Source: a virus
Length of the DNA: 64,000 nt
IMG/VR virus record: IMGVR_UViG_3300033153_010610
Coordinates: 22,969-86,968 of that record
Strand: one strand, 5' to 3'
Part shown: one piece after another, positions 16,819 through 26,609 of the stretch
Layout of the letters: every line of letters starts with the position of its first letter
How positions within the stretch are numbered: position 1 is the first letter of the stretch
Made by a program: the position numbers and the translations under genes
Notes under the pieces: model-generated
Told to the model about the DNA's origin: nothing
Databases searched by the model: none
The model's input: the letters and a program-made list of their open reading frames with translations, nothing else

Positions 16819-16836
16819 CACCAGAGGCGCGCTCTG

Positions 16837-18597
16837 ATGCCGAAGCTGAGATCACGAGCATGGGCAGCATCCAAGGCGGCCTATTCTCAATTCCGCGGTG
16901 GCACCACCGCACCCAGCGTGGGGACACCTCCTCCACAGCCCGTCGATCCATCTTGGGACCAATTGCAAGAGATGCTGACCGGCCGCTCTCGGGGTGAAGC
17001 CCAGGAGCAGGCCGAGGCGTTGCGTCAGGCTGACACTTGGATGGTGAAGACGGCCCATAAGGTTGGGCACAGTCTTGGGGCTATCAAGAAGGCTCTAGCA
17101 GCCGTTGACCCCAAGCCCGTCAGTGAGTTTGAAGGTCAGGCCATTGATGATGAGGCCTTCTATTCAAACCCCAAGGAATTCCGGGAACGCCCATCTGGTT
17201 TGAGCAACGACACCCTTCGGGCAATGTCGTACAAAGTCCCCATCATCTCTGCCATCCATCAGACGCGCCTCAATCAGGTCGGCATCTTTGGCCGCCCGCG
17301 TACAGAGCCCACAGAAATGGGCTTCATCATTCTACCCAAGAGCCAGAAGGAACAACGGAGCCCGACTCGAGCGACCTTCCGCCGCATTGAGCAGTTCTCC
17401 GACTTCTTCGCTCACTGCGGGAGTAAATGGGGGGACAGACATCTCCTCCGTCCCAACTTGGAGGGCCTCTTGCGCATGTGCGTTCGAGACTCTCTGACGT
17501 TCGACCAGTACGCCATCCAGATGAACTTCAATCGGAAGGGCCAGCCTGCCGAGTTCGTCGCGATGGCAGGGCACTCGATGCGCCTCGCGAGTCGTGATGG
17601 CGATACCGGGTGGAACTTCGACCCAGATGATGTCCACTACACTCAGGTCAAAAGACGACTCAAGATTGCGGACTTTACCGCTCGAGAGTTGATTTGGGGT
17701 GTCCGTAACCCGCGGTCCGACCTTGAGGTGGCTGGGTACGGGATGTCGGAGTTGGAACTCCTCATCCAGGTCGTCACAGGCATGCTGTGGGCGGAAGCTC
17801 ACAACGCCAGGTTCTTCTCAGCCGGCTCGACCGTGAAGGGCCTCCTCAACATCAAGGGGATGATCAATCGGAAGCAATTGCGCGCCTTCAGACGGGAATG
17901 GTTCGCGCTCTTGAGCGGGGTCCAGAACTCCTGGAGGACCCCAGTTCTCAATGCCGATGAAGTCCAGTTCATCCCGATGCATGCGTCGAATCGGGACATG
18001 GAATTCACCGAGTGGTTGTACTACCTATTGAAGGTTGCGACCGCGGTGTACCAGATTGACCCTTCCGAGGTGAACTTCACCTTCGGCAACGAAGGCCAGG
18101 CCGTCCAAGTATTCGAGAGTAACAACGAAGCGAAGACCCGTCTCTCTCGTGACCGTGGTCTCCGCCCACTCGTGGTGAACATTCAGCAGTCCCTACAGCG
18201 TGTCATGGACGCCCTCGACCCGAACTTCATGATCATCTTGGCCGGCCTGGACTCGAAGACTGAAGAGCAGAAGGCATCTCTCGCTGAGACGTTGACGCGC
18301 TCTGTGTGGACAATCGATGAGGCCCGCGAGAAGCTCTATCAGATGCCTCCGTTGCCACACTCTGGTGACATTGTGCGTAACGGTGAGTACATGGCATGGC
18401 TGAACCAGTTATCCCAACTCTCATCTGACATACAACTCGCAGAAGACACGGCTCAGGCTTCGGCTGCTGAGACTACGGCGCCAACGTCGGTACCAGCGCC
18501 AACTGCCGGTGCGAAGCCGGCTGCAAAGAAAAAACCGGAGGTGTCGCCAGATGATGTCACCCCGACCAACTTCAAAGCACCATCATCAGGAAGTTGA
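16837..18597 (+). CDS. Portal protein (SPO1/Twort-like)
   Basis: IISAIHQTRLNQV, VRDSLTFDQ, FTARELIWGVRNPRSD..GYGMSELE, DMEFTEWL..YQIDPSEVNF, SRDRGLRPL. Confidence 0.93.
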   Translation: MPKLRSRAWAASKAAYSQFRGGTTAPSVGTPPPQPVDPSWDQLQEMLTGRSRGEAQEQAEALRQADTWMVKTAHKVGHSLGAIKKALAAVDPKPVSEFEGQAIDDEAFYSNPKEFRERPSGLSNDTLRAMSYKVPIISAIHQTRLNQVGIFGRPRTEPTEMGFIILPKSQKEQRSPTRATFRRIEQFSDFFAHCGSKWGDRHLLRPNLEGLLRMCVRDSLTFDQYAIQMNFNRKGQPAEFVAMAGHSMRLASRDGDTGWNFDPDDVHYTQVKRRLKIADFTARELIWGVRNPRSDLEVAGYGMSELELLIQVVTGMLWAEAHNARFFSAGSTVKGLLNIKGMINRKQLRAFRREWFALLSGVQNSWRTPVLNADEVQFIPMHASNRDMEFTEWLYYLLKVATAVYQIDPSEVNFTFGNEGQAVQVFESNNEAKTRLSRDRGLRPLVVNIQQSLQRVMDALDPNFMIILAGLDSKTEEQKASLAETLTRSVWTIDEAREKLYQMPPLPHSGDIVRNGEYMAWLNQLSQLSSDIQLAEDTAQASAAETTAPTSVPAPTAGAKPAAKKKPEVSPDDVTPTNFKAPSSGS

Positions 18598-18622
18598 CGC
18601 GCTTTAGATAAAGCGCAATGAT
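18594..18622 (+). promoter_or_regulatory. TTGACG promoter candidate with palindrome GCGCTTTA-GA-TAAAGCGC in the spacer
   Basis: Perfect 8-bp inverted repeat at 18599-18616 in an intergenic gap. Confidence 0.45.
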
Positions 18623-18669
18623 GATGACACCATTGACGGCTTTGGGCCGAGAGAACTAAGGAGTACAGA

Positions 18670-19080
18670 ATGGGAAGCCCAGTTCATGGCTCGCACCTTC
18701 AGCCGAGCGACATTGGTCAGATGATTCCGTTCGCCACGCAGGAGCATGTTGACTTCTATCAAGGAGTCATCCTCACTGGCATCGTGCAACTTTCGTGGCG
18801 GGCTCCAGCGGATGGTATCCTTGAGAAGGGATACTTCAAGTTGGGCACCTGTGGGACCGGCGCTGGTCCGACCACTTGTGACATCCTGAAGAACGCATCG
18901 TCGATGCTCACCGCCGCGATGTCCATCGCGCATACCGACACTGATGGTACCGAGGTGGCCGCGTCATTCGATGACAACACAGTGTCGCGAGGTGATTTCA
19001 TCACTCTGGCGACCTCGGCCGGCGCCACCAACCAGGTGACCGCGTGGGCTGGTTTCACCTTCCGGCTCCTGGGTAGCTAG
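18670..19080 (+). CDS. Putative head decoration/virion protein
   Basis: Beta-rich, Thr/Ala/Gly-rich; AAGGAG RBS; head module. Confidence 0.55.
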   Translation: MGSPVHGSHLQPSDIGQMIPFATQEHVDFYQGVILTGIVQLSWRAPADGILEKGYFKLGTCGTGAGPTTCDILKNASSMLTAAMSIAHTDTDGTEVAASFDDNTVSRGDFITLATSAGATNQVTAWAGFTFRLLGS

Positions 19081-19113
19081 GTCTCCGGTTCTTCGTCGAG
19101 ATAGGAGAAGCCT

Positions 19114-19491
19114 GTGCCAGCCATCTACATGGAGCGTCAGCTCAAACTACGGACTGCGAGGGATCAGTTCTATCAGAAGCTCCACTTCAAGAGCACTGAG
19201 GAAATAGAGTCATACTCGACTCTGACGAACACCTCGGACCGAAGTCGTACCATCGCTGCTGCTGGTACGTTCGCGATAGATCTGGGCGGGATGACTGCCG
19301 TCAAGACGATCTACATCGAGACAAGCGCAGCACTTCAGGTCACCATCGGTGCCGCTGTTTGGACAGTCGCGCCGGTTGAGACTAACAAGTCTGGCATCTT
19401 GTACGTCGAGGGGTCCTTCGCCAGTATCACGCTGACCAATCCAGACGCGGCCAATTCCATCGAAGTGCTCTGGATGCTTGCAGGTACGTAG
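19114..19491 (+). CDS. Putative virion beta-sandwich protein
   Basis: Composition and position; AGGAG RBS. Confidence 0.55.
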   Translation: MPAIYMERQLKLRTARDQFYQKLHFKSTEEIESYSTLTNTSDRSRTIAAAGTFAIDLGGMTAVKTIYIETSAALQVTIGAAVWTVAPVETNKSGILYVEGSFASITLTNPDAANSIEVLWMLAGT

Positions 19492-20132
19492 TGCCTGACG
19501 TAGACGAGAACACTTGGCGCAAGGCCAAGCGGACAGTCCTCACTAAGTTCCCAGAAGTATCACGAGAGTCCCACCGATTCTGGGATTACGTCCAGGACGT
19601 GTACCTGACCTACCGTCCTTTTCGTAAAGGGAAGGCGGGCCAACTCTCTGAGTCTCAACTCGAATCTCTCCAATGGGAGCCTCCGGGTGGTGACCACCCT
19701 GCAACCTGGCGAGCTCAGGTAGGCAACGACTACGTCTACCGCGTAGAGAAGCCCGGTCATGCAGGTGAAGAGGGAGACGTCGGCGAGGCGTTCACTCAGG
19801 AAGAGATGGAGCAGAAACTGAAGGGTGAGGAGCCAGTGATACTCACCTTTCGCCAAGCAACCATCAAATGGGGGATTGCTGAGCATAAGAAGGCCATGGA
19901 GCAGGCTGCAACTAAAACGGTTCATGATTTTCATTCTTCGGAGATGCGCCGGAAGTTAGACTTGGCGTCTCTCAAGGTGTCGTTGGCCGAATCTGTGCAG
20001 CAGTTCCTATCCGAGACGCCGACCGCAGAGGTCGCTGCAGAGCAGGTCAAGCTCGAGCGACCTAAGCCAGAAGCGGCCCAGGACGAGAAGGACAAGAAGG
20101 ACGAGAAGGACGAGGATGGGGCAGACGCTTAA
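19491..20132 (+). CDS. Hypothetical head-associated protein (ChaB-like N-terminal helix pair)
   Basis: DENTWRKAK...FWDYVQDVY; acidic tail. Confidence 0.45.
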   Translation: MPDVDENTWRKAKRTVLTKFPEVSRESHRFWDYVQDVYLTYRPFRKGKAGQLSESQLESLQWEPPGGDHPATWRAQVGNDYVYRVEKPGHAGEEGDVGEAFTQEEMEQKLKGEEPVILTFRQATIKWGIAEHKKAMEQAATKTVHDFHSSEMRRKLDLASLKVSLAESVQQFLSETPTAEVAAEQVKLERPKPEAAQDEKDKKDEKDEDGADA

Positions 20133-20343
20133 ATGCCCATCATGTGGGTCTCGGTCTGGAAACACCAACAGCAATGGTGGCGTGCATCTCAAGACCCGTA
20201 GCATCTATATGTCATCGGATGGTAAGGTCATTGGTTTCTGCAAACAGTGCCAGAACTCATTCGTTGTTGTCAGGACGAACAAGCAATGGCGATTACGCCT
20301 TCTCCCGCAAATGATGAGTTGGCGAGAGAATGTCGATACTTGA
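20116..20343 (+). CDS. Zn-ribbon protein
   Basis: CPSC...CKQC. Confidence 0.6.
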   Translation: MGQTLKCPSCGSRSGNTNSNGGVHLKTRSIYMSSDGKVIGFCKQCQNSFVVVRTNKQWRLRLLPQMMSWRENVDT

Positions 20344-20368
20344 CGAATATTCCGACTGCTAGTAGCGT
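20340..20368 (+). promoter_or_regulatory. Sigma70-like promoter TTGACG-N17-TAGCGT
   Basis: Upstream of protease-scaffold-MCP. Confidence 0.55.
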
Positions 20369-20435
20369 GGAGACAATCCATTCAGCCGCGCCAATGGACA
20401 TTGGCAATGGCATCGGACGACACAGAGGCTTGGAA

Positions 20436-21392
20436 ATGTCAGAACCATTCCAGTGGTACGTTCCTTTCGACGTCCGAAAGTCAGAAGACTCCGAAGAAAT
20501 GCTCTTCGGTGGTTTTGTGTCTTCGGAGCGAGAGGACCTGGAGGGTGAAGAGGTTATCCAGAAGGGGCTCAATTTTGACCCATTCGTCTCGCGCGGATGG
20601 TTCAATGAGAACCACGAGTCGTCCTTGTCTGGTGGCGGAGTGGTGGGAGTTCCCGTCGAGAACCAGTCAGTCCAGTGGCTCAGCAAAGGTCAACTCGACC
20701 CGCTGAATCGCACCGAAGTGGACCGTGGCGGCTGGTACGTGATGGGTCAGATGCTCGATACTCCCCAGGGCAAGTCGATTTTCGATATAGCCTCGGCCTT
20801 ACAGAAGGCTGGGACATCGCGGCGACTCGGTATGTCTCTCGAAGGCAACGTGACAAAGCGCAACGGGCAGCAGGTCGAAGAGGCTGATGTGCACAACATC
20901 GCCCTCACACAACGGCCTGTGAATCCCGACACGACTGTTGAGGTGATCTGCAAAGCTCTCAAAGGCGAGGGTCCTCTCATTACAGATGAGCCCCGTCGTT
21001 TGGAGAAAGAGATCCTCGCCCGCCTTGAGCGTATCGAGAAGGCGATGAGCGCAGGCGCTTCCGTCAACGCACCGGGCAGTACGGGCGGCGGTGATGGATT
21101 CGCATACAGATCCGAGGACCTGGAGAAGAAGAAGCCTTCCGCACTCGAAGTGTGTGAGGGGGATGTCCAGGCTTCGATGAACAAAATGGCAGAGAACCTG
21201 AATTCCGATGGCGGCGACCCCAAGATGAGCCTCGTTCGCGAGGTGGCGGAGTCGTCGGAGGCGGAGTACGGGGAGCAACTCGTCCTGGGTTACGGGGCGG
21301 CATACGACGTGATTCGGAAGCGGTACCCAAACCTGACTGACAGTCAGTGCAAGTCGGCAACGAATCGGATCTTCAATCTTGGAGGCAGCTAA
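20436..21392 (+). CDS. Prohead (maturation) protease
   Basis: GFVSSEREDLEGEEVIQKGL, GWFNENH, LGMSLEG, NIALTQRPVNPDT. Confidence 0.88.
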   Translation: MSEPFQWYVPFDVRKSEDSEEMLFGGFVSSEREDLEGEEVIQKGLNFDPFVSRGWFNENHESSLSGGGVVGVPVENQSVQWLSKGQLDPLNRTEVDRGGWYVMGQMLDTPQGKSIFDIASALQKAGTSRRLGMSLEGNVTKRNGQQVEEADVHNIALTQRPVNPDTTVEVICKALKGEGPLITDEPRRLEKEILARLERIEKAMSAGASVNAPGSTGGGDGFAYRSEDLEKKKPSALEVCEGDVQASMNKMAENLNSDGGDPKMSLVREVAESSEAEYGEQLVLGYGAAYDVIRKRYPNLTDSQCKSATNRIFNLGGS

Positions 21393-22103
21393 ATGGACTT
21401 CGCAGACATCAATGCGGCGGCGAAGGCGTTCGTGAATCAGCAGAATCAGCAGCCGAAGACTCCGCCCGCCGCGCCCGAGCAGCTTGCGAAGTCTCAGGTG
21501 GCACAAACCGAGAAGTTGGAAGGTGAGGTGATGACCGTCAGCACTGACCTCTTCCAGAAGGCGCTCGCCATTCTCGACAACGAGTTCATCCCGAATGAAC
21601 TCAACACTCCGGACGTTGTGAAGGCGGCAGCCGCTGACACATCCGGCGTCATCAAAGCAGTGGTCGGCCGACTCGAAGGCTCCCAGGCTCTCCTGGTCAA
21701 GTCCTTCAACGAGAAGACCTCCGCTCTCAGCGTGCTTCTCCAGAAATCTCTGGAGCAGGTTTCCAACCTGGCCGCACGTCTCGAGGAGTTCGCCTCGGCG
21801 CCGATTGGCAATCCGAAGGGTGCCCGCACCGTGATGGAGAAGTCCTTCGTCGCGCCGGACGGACACCTGAGCGCCACCGGTGCAGAGGGAAAGCCCGTTG
21901 ACCAACTGACCAAGTCCGACATCACAACGGGATTTCGCCTGTTGATCGATGAGGCCGGTCAAGAGTACGCCTCGAATCCGAACCGTGCCAATCAGCAGAA
22001 GCTGACGGCGATCGGTACGGAGTCTGGGTCGTTTGCCCTGAGCAACATGCTGTCGAAGGCACGTCGAGCTCAGATCAGCCAGAAGCTCGAAGCAGCACGA
22101 TAG
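21393..22103 (+). CDS. Capsid scaffolding protein
   Basis: Helical, between protease and MCP, many K-S/K-A motifs. Confidence 0.65.
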   Translation: MDFADINAAAKAFVNQQNQQPKTPPAAPEQLAKSQVAQTEKLEGEVMTVSTDLFQKALAILDNEFIPNELNTPDVVKAAAADTSGVIKAVVGRLEGSQALLVKSFNEKTSALSVLLQKSLEQVSNLAARLEEFASAPIGNPKGARTVMEKSFVAPDGHLSATGAEGKPVDQLTKSDITTGFRLLIDEAGQEYASNPNRANQQKLTAIGTESGSFALSNMLSKARRAQISQKLEAAR

Positions 22104-22165
22104 GCCCGACAACGAGCCGGGCCCTCAAGGGTTAATGCGGCCACGTCGAACACAAGGAGCCAGGG

Positions 22166-23593
22166 ATGTTTCCAAATAGTCAGTCCTTCCTGGGCAACGA
22201 GACGGGCGACCACTTTCTCGCGGCCGGACAATACGGTCAGATGACTCGCCAGGAGGTCGGTGACCTCTACAAGGCCCTTGTGGCTGGAAGCGACATCGCG
22301 AATCCTGGCACTACGGCCGGCGGTGGTTTCCCTTTCCGCGTCGAGTTTCTCGACAACATGCTCCGGTACCTCACTTATACCGAAGCTCACATCAAACTGT
22401 TCCCCGCTCTCTTCAAGGAGCAGGCGACCAACACCGTCGTTGAGTACAACACGGTCAGTGACTACGGCGTCGACGCTGGCGGTTCTATCGCTGAAGGCGA
22501 TCTGCCCGAAGAGCACGACATGACGATCGCTCGCAACTACGCGACGATCAAGTTCCTGGCCACCATGCGACGGGTCACGCACCCGATGCAGGTCATTCGG
22601 TCGGCTCACGGCGACGTCATCCGCAAGCAGGCTGAGGCCGGCACGCGTTGGCTTCTTCGCGCCGCGGAGCAGATGTGCTTCAACGGTGACTCCCGGGTCA
22701 TCCCCGAGCAGTGGGATGGTATTTGGAGCCAAGGCAGCCAGAACGGGGCGACCATCGTCGACCTGCGCGGAGCCCGCCTTTCGTCGGAAGAGCTCAACGA
22801 GGGCATCGGCGACGTCACCAAGGACCCGAACTACGGTATGCCGACCCACCTGCATCACAGCGTGCGGTCCCACACCAACCTGTCGAAGGAGTTCTTCCCG
22901 AGCGAGCGCTTCTCGATCAACGGTGGTGCACAGACCATCACTCCGGGACACCGCTTCAAGCAGTTCCAGAGTTCTGTGATCGACAGCACAATGGACCTCG
23001 AGCCCAACGTCTTCATTCGTGAAGGCGCTGCGCCGATCACGCTCGGAATCGGAAGCGCTGCAAAGCGTCCCGGTGTCCCGGCCATCACGGTGGCAGCCAC
23101 GGCAGGCGCTGCTGTCGCGACCAGTCAGTTTGGCGTCGCAGATGCGGCCACCTACATCTATCGCGTCGTCGCCGTCAATCGGTACGGCAAGTCGGCTCCG
23201 GTCGACACGGCAACAGTTGCCGTCGCTGCGACTGAGAACGTCACATTCACCGTCCAGGACGCTGGTGGTGCCACGGGTTACGAGATCTATCGTAGTCCCG
23301 TCGGTGGGGCTGGTGCGGCTGCCACGGCTCTGTACATCACCTCGACGGCCCGCACGGGATTGGCCACGGTCATCACCGACAACAACGATGACCTCCCGGG
23401 TACGAGCAAGGCCTACATGCTCCAGCAGAACCCGGAAGCCATCACGTTCTACCAATTGGTCCCGATGATGATGTACCCGCTGGCCCAGATCGACCTCTCG
23501 GTCCGATGGGCTCAGTTGCTCTACGGGACGTTGGTTCTCAACGCGCCTGCTAAGCACCTCATCTACAGGAACGTTGGCGACGCTGCTCCATAG
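22166..23593 (+). CDS. Major capsid protein (SPO1/Twort-like)
   Basis: KALVAG..FRVEFLDNMLRYLT, ATNTVVEYN, IAEGDLP, YIYRVVAVNRYGKSAP insertion, LLYGTLVLNAPAK..YRNVG. Confidence 0.93.
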   Translation: MFPNSQSFLGNETGDHFLAAGQYGQMTRQEVGDLYKALVAGSDIANPGTTAGGGFPFRVEFLDNMLRYLTYTEAHIKLFPALFKEQATNTVVEYNTVSDYGVDAGGSIAEGDLPEEHDMTIARNYATIKFLATMRRVTHPMQVIRSAHGDVIRKQAEAGTRWLLRAAEQMCFNGDSRVIPEQWDGIWSQGSQNGATIVDLRGARLSSEELNEGIGDVTKDPNYGMPTHLHHSVRSHTNLSKEFFPSERFSINGGAQTITPGHRFKQFQSSVIDSTMDLEPNVFIREGAAPITLGIGSAAKRPGVPAITVAATAGAAVATSQFGVADAATYIYRVVAVNRYGKSAPVDTATVAVAATENVTFTVQDAGGATGYEIYRSPVGGAGAAATALYITSTARTGLATVITDNNDDLPGTSKAYMLQQNPEAITFYQLVPMMMYPLAQIDLSVRWAQLLYGTLVLNAPAKHLIYRNVGDAAP

Positions 23594-23601
23594 GTAGGGC
23601 C

Positions 23602-24027
23602 ATGAAGATTCGATGCCAAATGAAAGACCTAGTCTTTCACCGGTATGAAGCCAACGTCCCATTCTACGCGGATGCGCAAGGGATGGTGACGCGGGTGGAC
23701 GGGCAGCCACTTACTGAAGAGCAAGTGGCGAGCCTGTTGATCTGCAAAGGATTCAGCCTCGTGTCGGATCGGAAACCCAAACCGCCATCTCAACCGGCTC
23801 CGCCACCTAAGGCTGTGCCCGCGGTACCTCCATCCCCTGTGGCACCCAAGATGGTGCGGAGCCGGTTGAACGATTTCCCACGCAGAAAACTCAATGCGGC
23901 CTTGTCGATGCTTGGTCTCGAGGCCGATGATCGCGCCCGTAAAAGCGTGCTCCTCACAGGACTGTGCAATTACGTGGGTGACTCCAAGGAGCGTTTGGAC
24001 GAGGTCGTCAACCTCCTGGAGGTCTAG
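23602..24027 (+). CDS. Hypothetical protein with Pro-rich linker
   Basis: Follows MCP; possible small helical C-terminal domain. Confidence 0.6.
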   Translation: MKIRCQMKDLVFHRYEANVPFYADAQGMVTRVDGQPLTEEQVASLLICKGFSLVSDRKPKPPSQPAPPPKAVPAVPPSPVAPKMVRSRLNDFPRRKLNAALSMLGLEADDRARKSVLLTGLCNYVGDSKERLDEVVNLLEV

Positions 24028-24966
24028 ATGAGCCGTCCACGTTTTTGGTGGAATCGAAACCGGAGTGACAACAAGTCGCTCGGGACCATAGCCCAACGCA
24101 TCTTCAATCGATTTGCCAATGCCGTCGTGACCACTCAGGTCATTGGACAGCCACGGTACTTCGATGACGATGGTGTTGCTCTTGCGTCTATCGCAGTGAC
24201 GGGCTCAGGCGCTACCGGTGCCCTCACTGCCTCCATCCAGGAAGACATTTCAGAGGCCTTGCCCTTCACTCATTACACGGCTGAACTCGCGAGTGCGGCT
24301 GTGGATGACGTGATCGTCTTCCCCGCAGTCCCTGCTGCGAACGACGTTCACTACTACGGGGCGCCGTTCCAGTTCTCGACGGTCAACTTCATTGTAGGCC
24401 AGGCCGGCATTGGTACGTACACGGTGACGTGGGAGTACTGGAACGGTACTGCTTGGGCAGCCCTAGCGGCCGTTGTTGACGGCACCACCGACTACAAGAC
24501 GGCTGGCGCTCAAACGGTGACCTACACGTTGCCTCCGCTGTGGGAGCCAACCACAGTTGACACGACAGGGCCTCTCTACTTCATCAGGTCCGTCTTCAAC
24601 GCCGGCACGTACACCACCGTCGCGCTGCTCACCAGTGCTACGGCGGACATCGTGGCAGTACCAGACCTGTTGAGGGTGCCCAACTTCTATGGGGCTCACT
24701 ATTCTGGGAAGATTGCCCTGTGGTGGGAAGCAACGACTCTGGCAGACACGATTGACGTGAATGTCTGGGTCCGTACGGACTCCGTTGTCGCCTACGACGG
24801 TCGTGAAACCCCCGAGAATATTGTCTTCCAGGGTGAGTATGCTCTCGCCAACAACACCACGGGAATCGTTGACCGAGGTGAACTCATCATTGACACTGGC
24901 TTCCGCCCAGTATACGTCGAGGCCACTTCGGCCAACGCGGGGACTTTGCGTCTCGGCTACGTCTAG
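24028..24966 (+). CDS. Putative virion structural protein
   Basis: TVTWEYWNGTAWAAL...DGT...W..TTV...LYFIR beta domain. Confidence 0.6.
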   Translation: MSRPRFWWNRNRSDNKSLGTIAQRIFNRFANAVVTTQVIGQPRYFDDDGVALASIAVTGSGATGALTASIQEDISEALPFTHYTAELASAAVDDVIVFPAVPAANDVHYYGAPFQFSTVNFIVGQAGIGTYTVTWEYWNGTAWAALAAVVDGTTDYKTAGAQTVTYTLPPLWEPTTVDTTGPLYFIRSVFNAGTYTTVALLTSATADIVAVPDLLRVPNFYGAHYSGKIALWWEATTLADTIDVNVWVRTDSVVAYDGRETPENIVFQGEYALANNTTGIVDRGELIIDTGFRPVYVEATSANAGTLRLGYV

Positions 24967-24981
24967 TGCAGAATAGGTGTC

Positions 24982-25749
24982 ATGAGTGGATCCACTGACT
25001 TTTATGACACCGTCCCTGTCAACGAACAATCGCTGAAGTCGGACTATCTGTTCGGACTTCCTCTCGAAGATGAGGATGGGAACCAATTCCCTTCGTCCAT
25101 GTACAGGACTGCATCTCGGTATGCGATCGCATACATGGAGCGGCTTCTCGGGGGCGTGTGCATCGTCCCGACGCCATTCACCAATGAAGAACACGACTAC
25201 ATCCACGACAACTACAAGAACTGGGCTTACTTCCAGCCTGACCATATCCCGATCCTCTCAGTGGAGCGTGTAGCTGCCGAGTTCCCGTCCGGCCAGGAGG
25301 CAGTTCGGTTCCCGGCGGAGTGGATCTCTTTCGACCCGATGCGACACATCCAGATCATCCCGAGGTCTGGCTCGCTCGCTACGGTGTTCCTCGGGCAGGG
25401 CCAGATACTCCTACCGCTGGTTCAGGGGATTCTGGGCTATGTCCCGCACTTGATCCACATCGACTATACGGCGGGCTTTGCCGTCGGCGAGATTCCCCCA
25501 GACATCCTGCACGCTATCAGTCTGTTGGCTGCAATCCAGATCTTGCATCCGGCCGGTGACCTCATCATCGGGCCGGGTATCGCGAACGAAGAGATCCGGG
25601 TCAATCGCCTATGGCAGAAGTTGGAGACAACGGCGTCCCCGACGAACGCTGGTTTTGGGGCGCGCATCCTCAACTACAAAAACGAGTTGAAGACGCTCGT
25701 TGAAATGCTCCGGCGCGACTATCATGGTGTGCCTCTGGCGGTTGCATGA
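24982..25749 (+). CDS. Head-tail adaptor/neck protein
   Basis: DYLFGLPL, PILSVERV, IHIDYTAGF..IPPDI, GPGIA, GFGARI. Confidence 0.75.
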   Translation: MSGSTDFYDTVPVNEQSLKSDYLFGLPLEDEDGNQFPSSMYRTASRYAIAYMERLLGGVCIVPTPFTNEEHDYIHDNYKNWAYFQPDHIPILSVERVAAEFPSGQEAVRFPAEWISFDPMRHIQIIPRSGSLATVFLGQGQILLPLVQGILGYVPHLIHIDYTAGFAVGEIPPDILHAISLLAAIQILHPAGDLIIGPGIANEEIRVNRLWQKLETTASPTNAGFGARILNYKNELKTLVEMLRRDYHGVPLAVA

Positions 25750-26609
25750 GCGACGACACCTACCAAGACGGTGAGACCCAACATCCAGCACTGCTGACGG
25801 CTCGACAGAAGACCACCAAAGCTCCCAAGGCTCCCCGAGCTGGGCGGGCTCACTTCCTGCTGAAGCGCTTCAACGCACTCATAGCTAACCATGGGCAGCG
25901 TGTCTTATGGCAGCAGTCCATGCGGTGCGGCTGCAGGATCAACAGTCAGACTGACCAGCCTAACCCGTTCTGCGCAGTGTGCAGTGGCAGTGGGCGGGAG
26001 TACTTCGACGCCAGAGAGATCAGGGGCGTTATCGAGAATGTCACCGTCGATGTGGACCCAATGAATGACTTTGGGATCTGGTATCGCGGTGTGGCCAGGT
26101 GCACAGTCCGTCCTGAATATCCCATTGGATTTCGGGACCGTGTGACCATGCTGGATGCCTCCGTTGAGTTTGAGGAATTGGTCGAGCGTAATACGAAGAC
26201 GCCCGGTCCTATCTTCCGGCTGAGATATCGGATAGTTGCCCGGATCGTAACGTTGGAAGACCTCGAGACGTCCAGCCTTGTTCCTGTCGTCGAGCGGATC
26301 ATCCGGCTACGAGTATGGCGCAGTGATAATTCTACGCTCCTACTTCGAGAACACGCTGACTTTGATGTGCTAATCGATGGGACGTTGGACATGTCCAAGT
26401 CGTTTGCAAATGGGAATGGCCCCGCGGTCGGGGATAGGTTCTCAGTCAAGTACAACATGAATCCGGTGTGGGTTGTTACAGGCCTCGAGCCACAGTACTA
26501 CCGGACTCAGCGAGACAAGGACCTCCCGAAGGCGGAAGATCTGATAGCCTTCCCTCGAAGCGTCATGATGGGAGTGGACTTTGTCGTGAACGAGGGGGAT
26601 GAAGACTGA
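25746..26609 (+). CDS. Head closure/neck protein with Zn motif
   Basis: HGQRVLWQQSMRCGC..QPNPFCAVCSGSG; IGFRDRVT. Confidence 0.7.
   Translation: MSDDTYQDGETQHPALLTARQKTTKAPKAPRAGRAHFLLKRFNALIANHGQRVLWQQSMRCGCRINSQTDQPNPFCAVCSGSGREYFDAREIRGVIENVTVDVDPMNDFGIWYRGVARCTVRPEYPIGFRDRVTMLDASVEFEELVERNTKTPGPIFRLRYRIVARIVTLEDLETSSLVPVVERIIRLRVWRSDNSTLLLREHADFDVLIDGTLDMSKSFANGNGPAVGDRFSVKYNMNPVWVVTGLEPQYYRTQRDKDLPKAEDLIAFPRSVMMGVDFVVNEGDED

Larger units (their letters stand above)
15695..16826 (+). repeat. Tandem duplication, period 563 bp
   Basis: GATGATGCGCGTCGTCGCATGTT.CCCAAAGTGAGTTCCTGAAGGAGATCTGGGATGACCA at 15695 and 16258. Confidence 0.95.

Noticed and set aside
15695-16826. Repeat as att site, terminal repeat or CRISPR
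   Set aside because: Whole-gene tandem duplication with two copies, no spacers and no integrase
20080-20116. GACGAGAAGGACAAGAAG short repeat
   Set aside because: Low-complexity DEK coding tail
20799-23710. Long antisense ORFs (437 aa and 546 aa) opposite scaffold and MCP
   Set aside because: Shadow ORFs expected from GC-biased codon usage; no motifs or RBS
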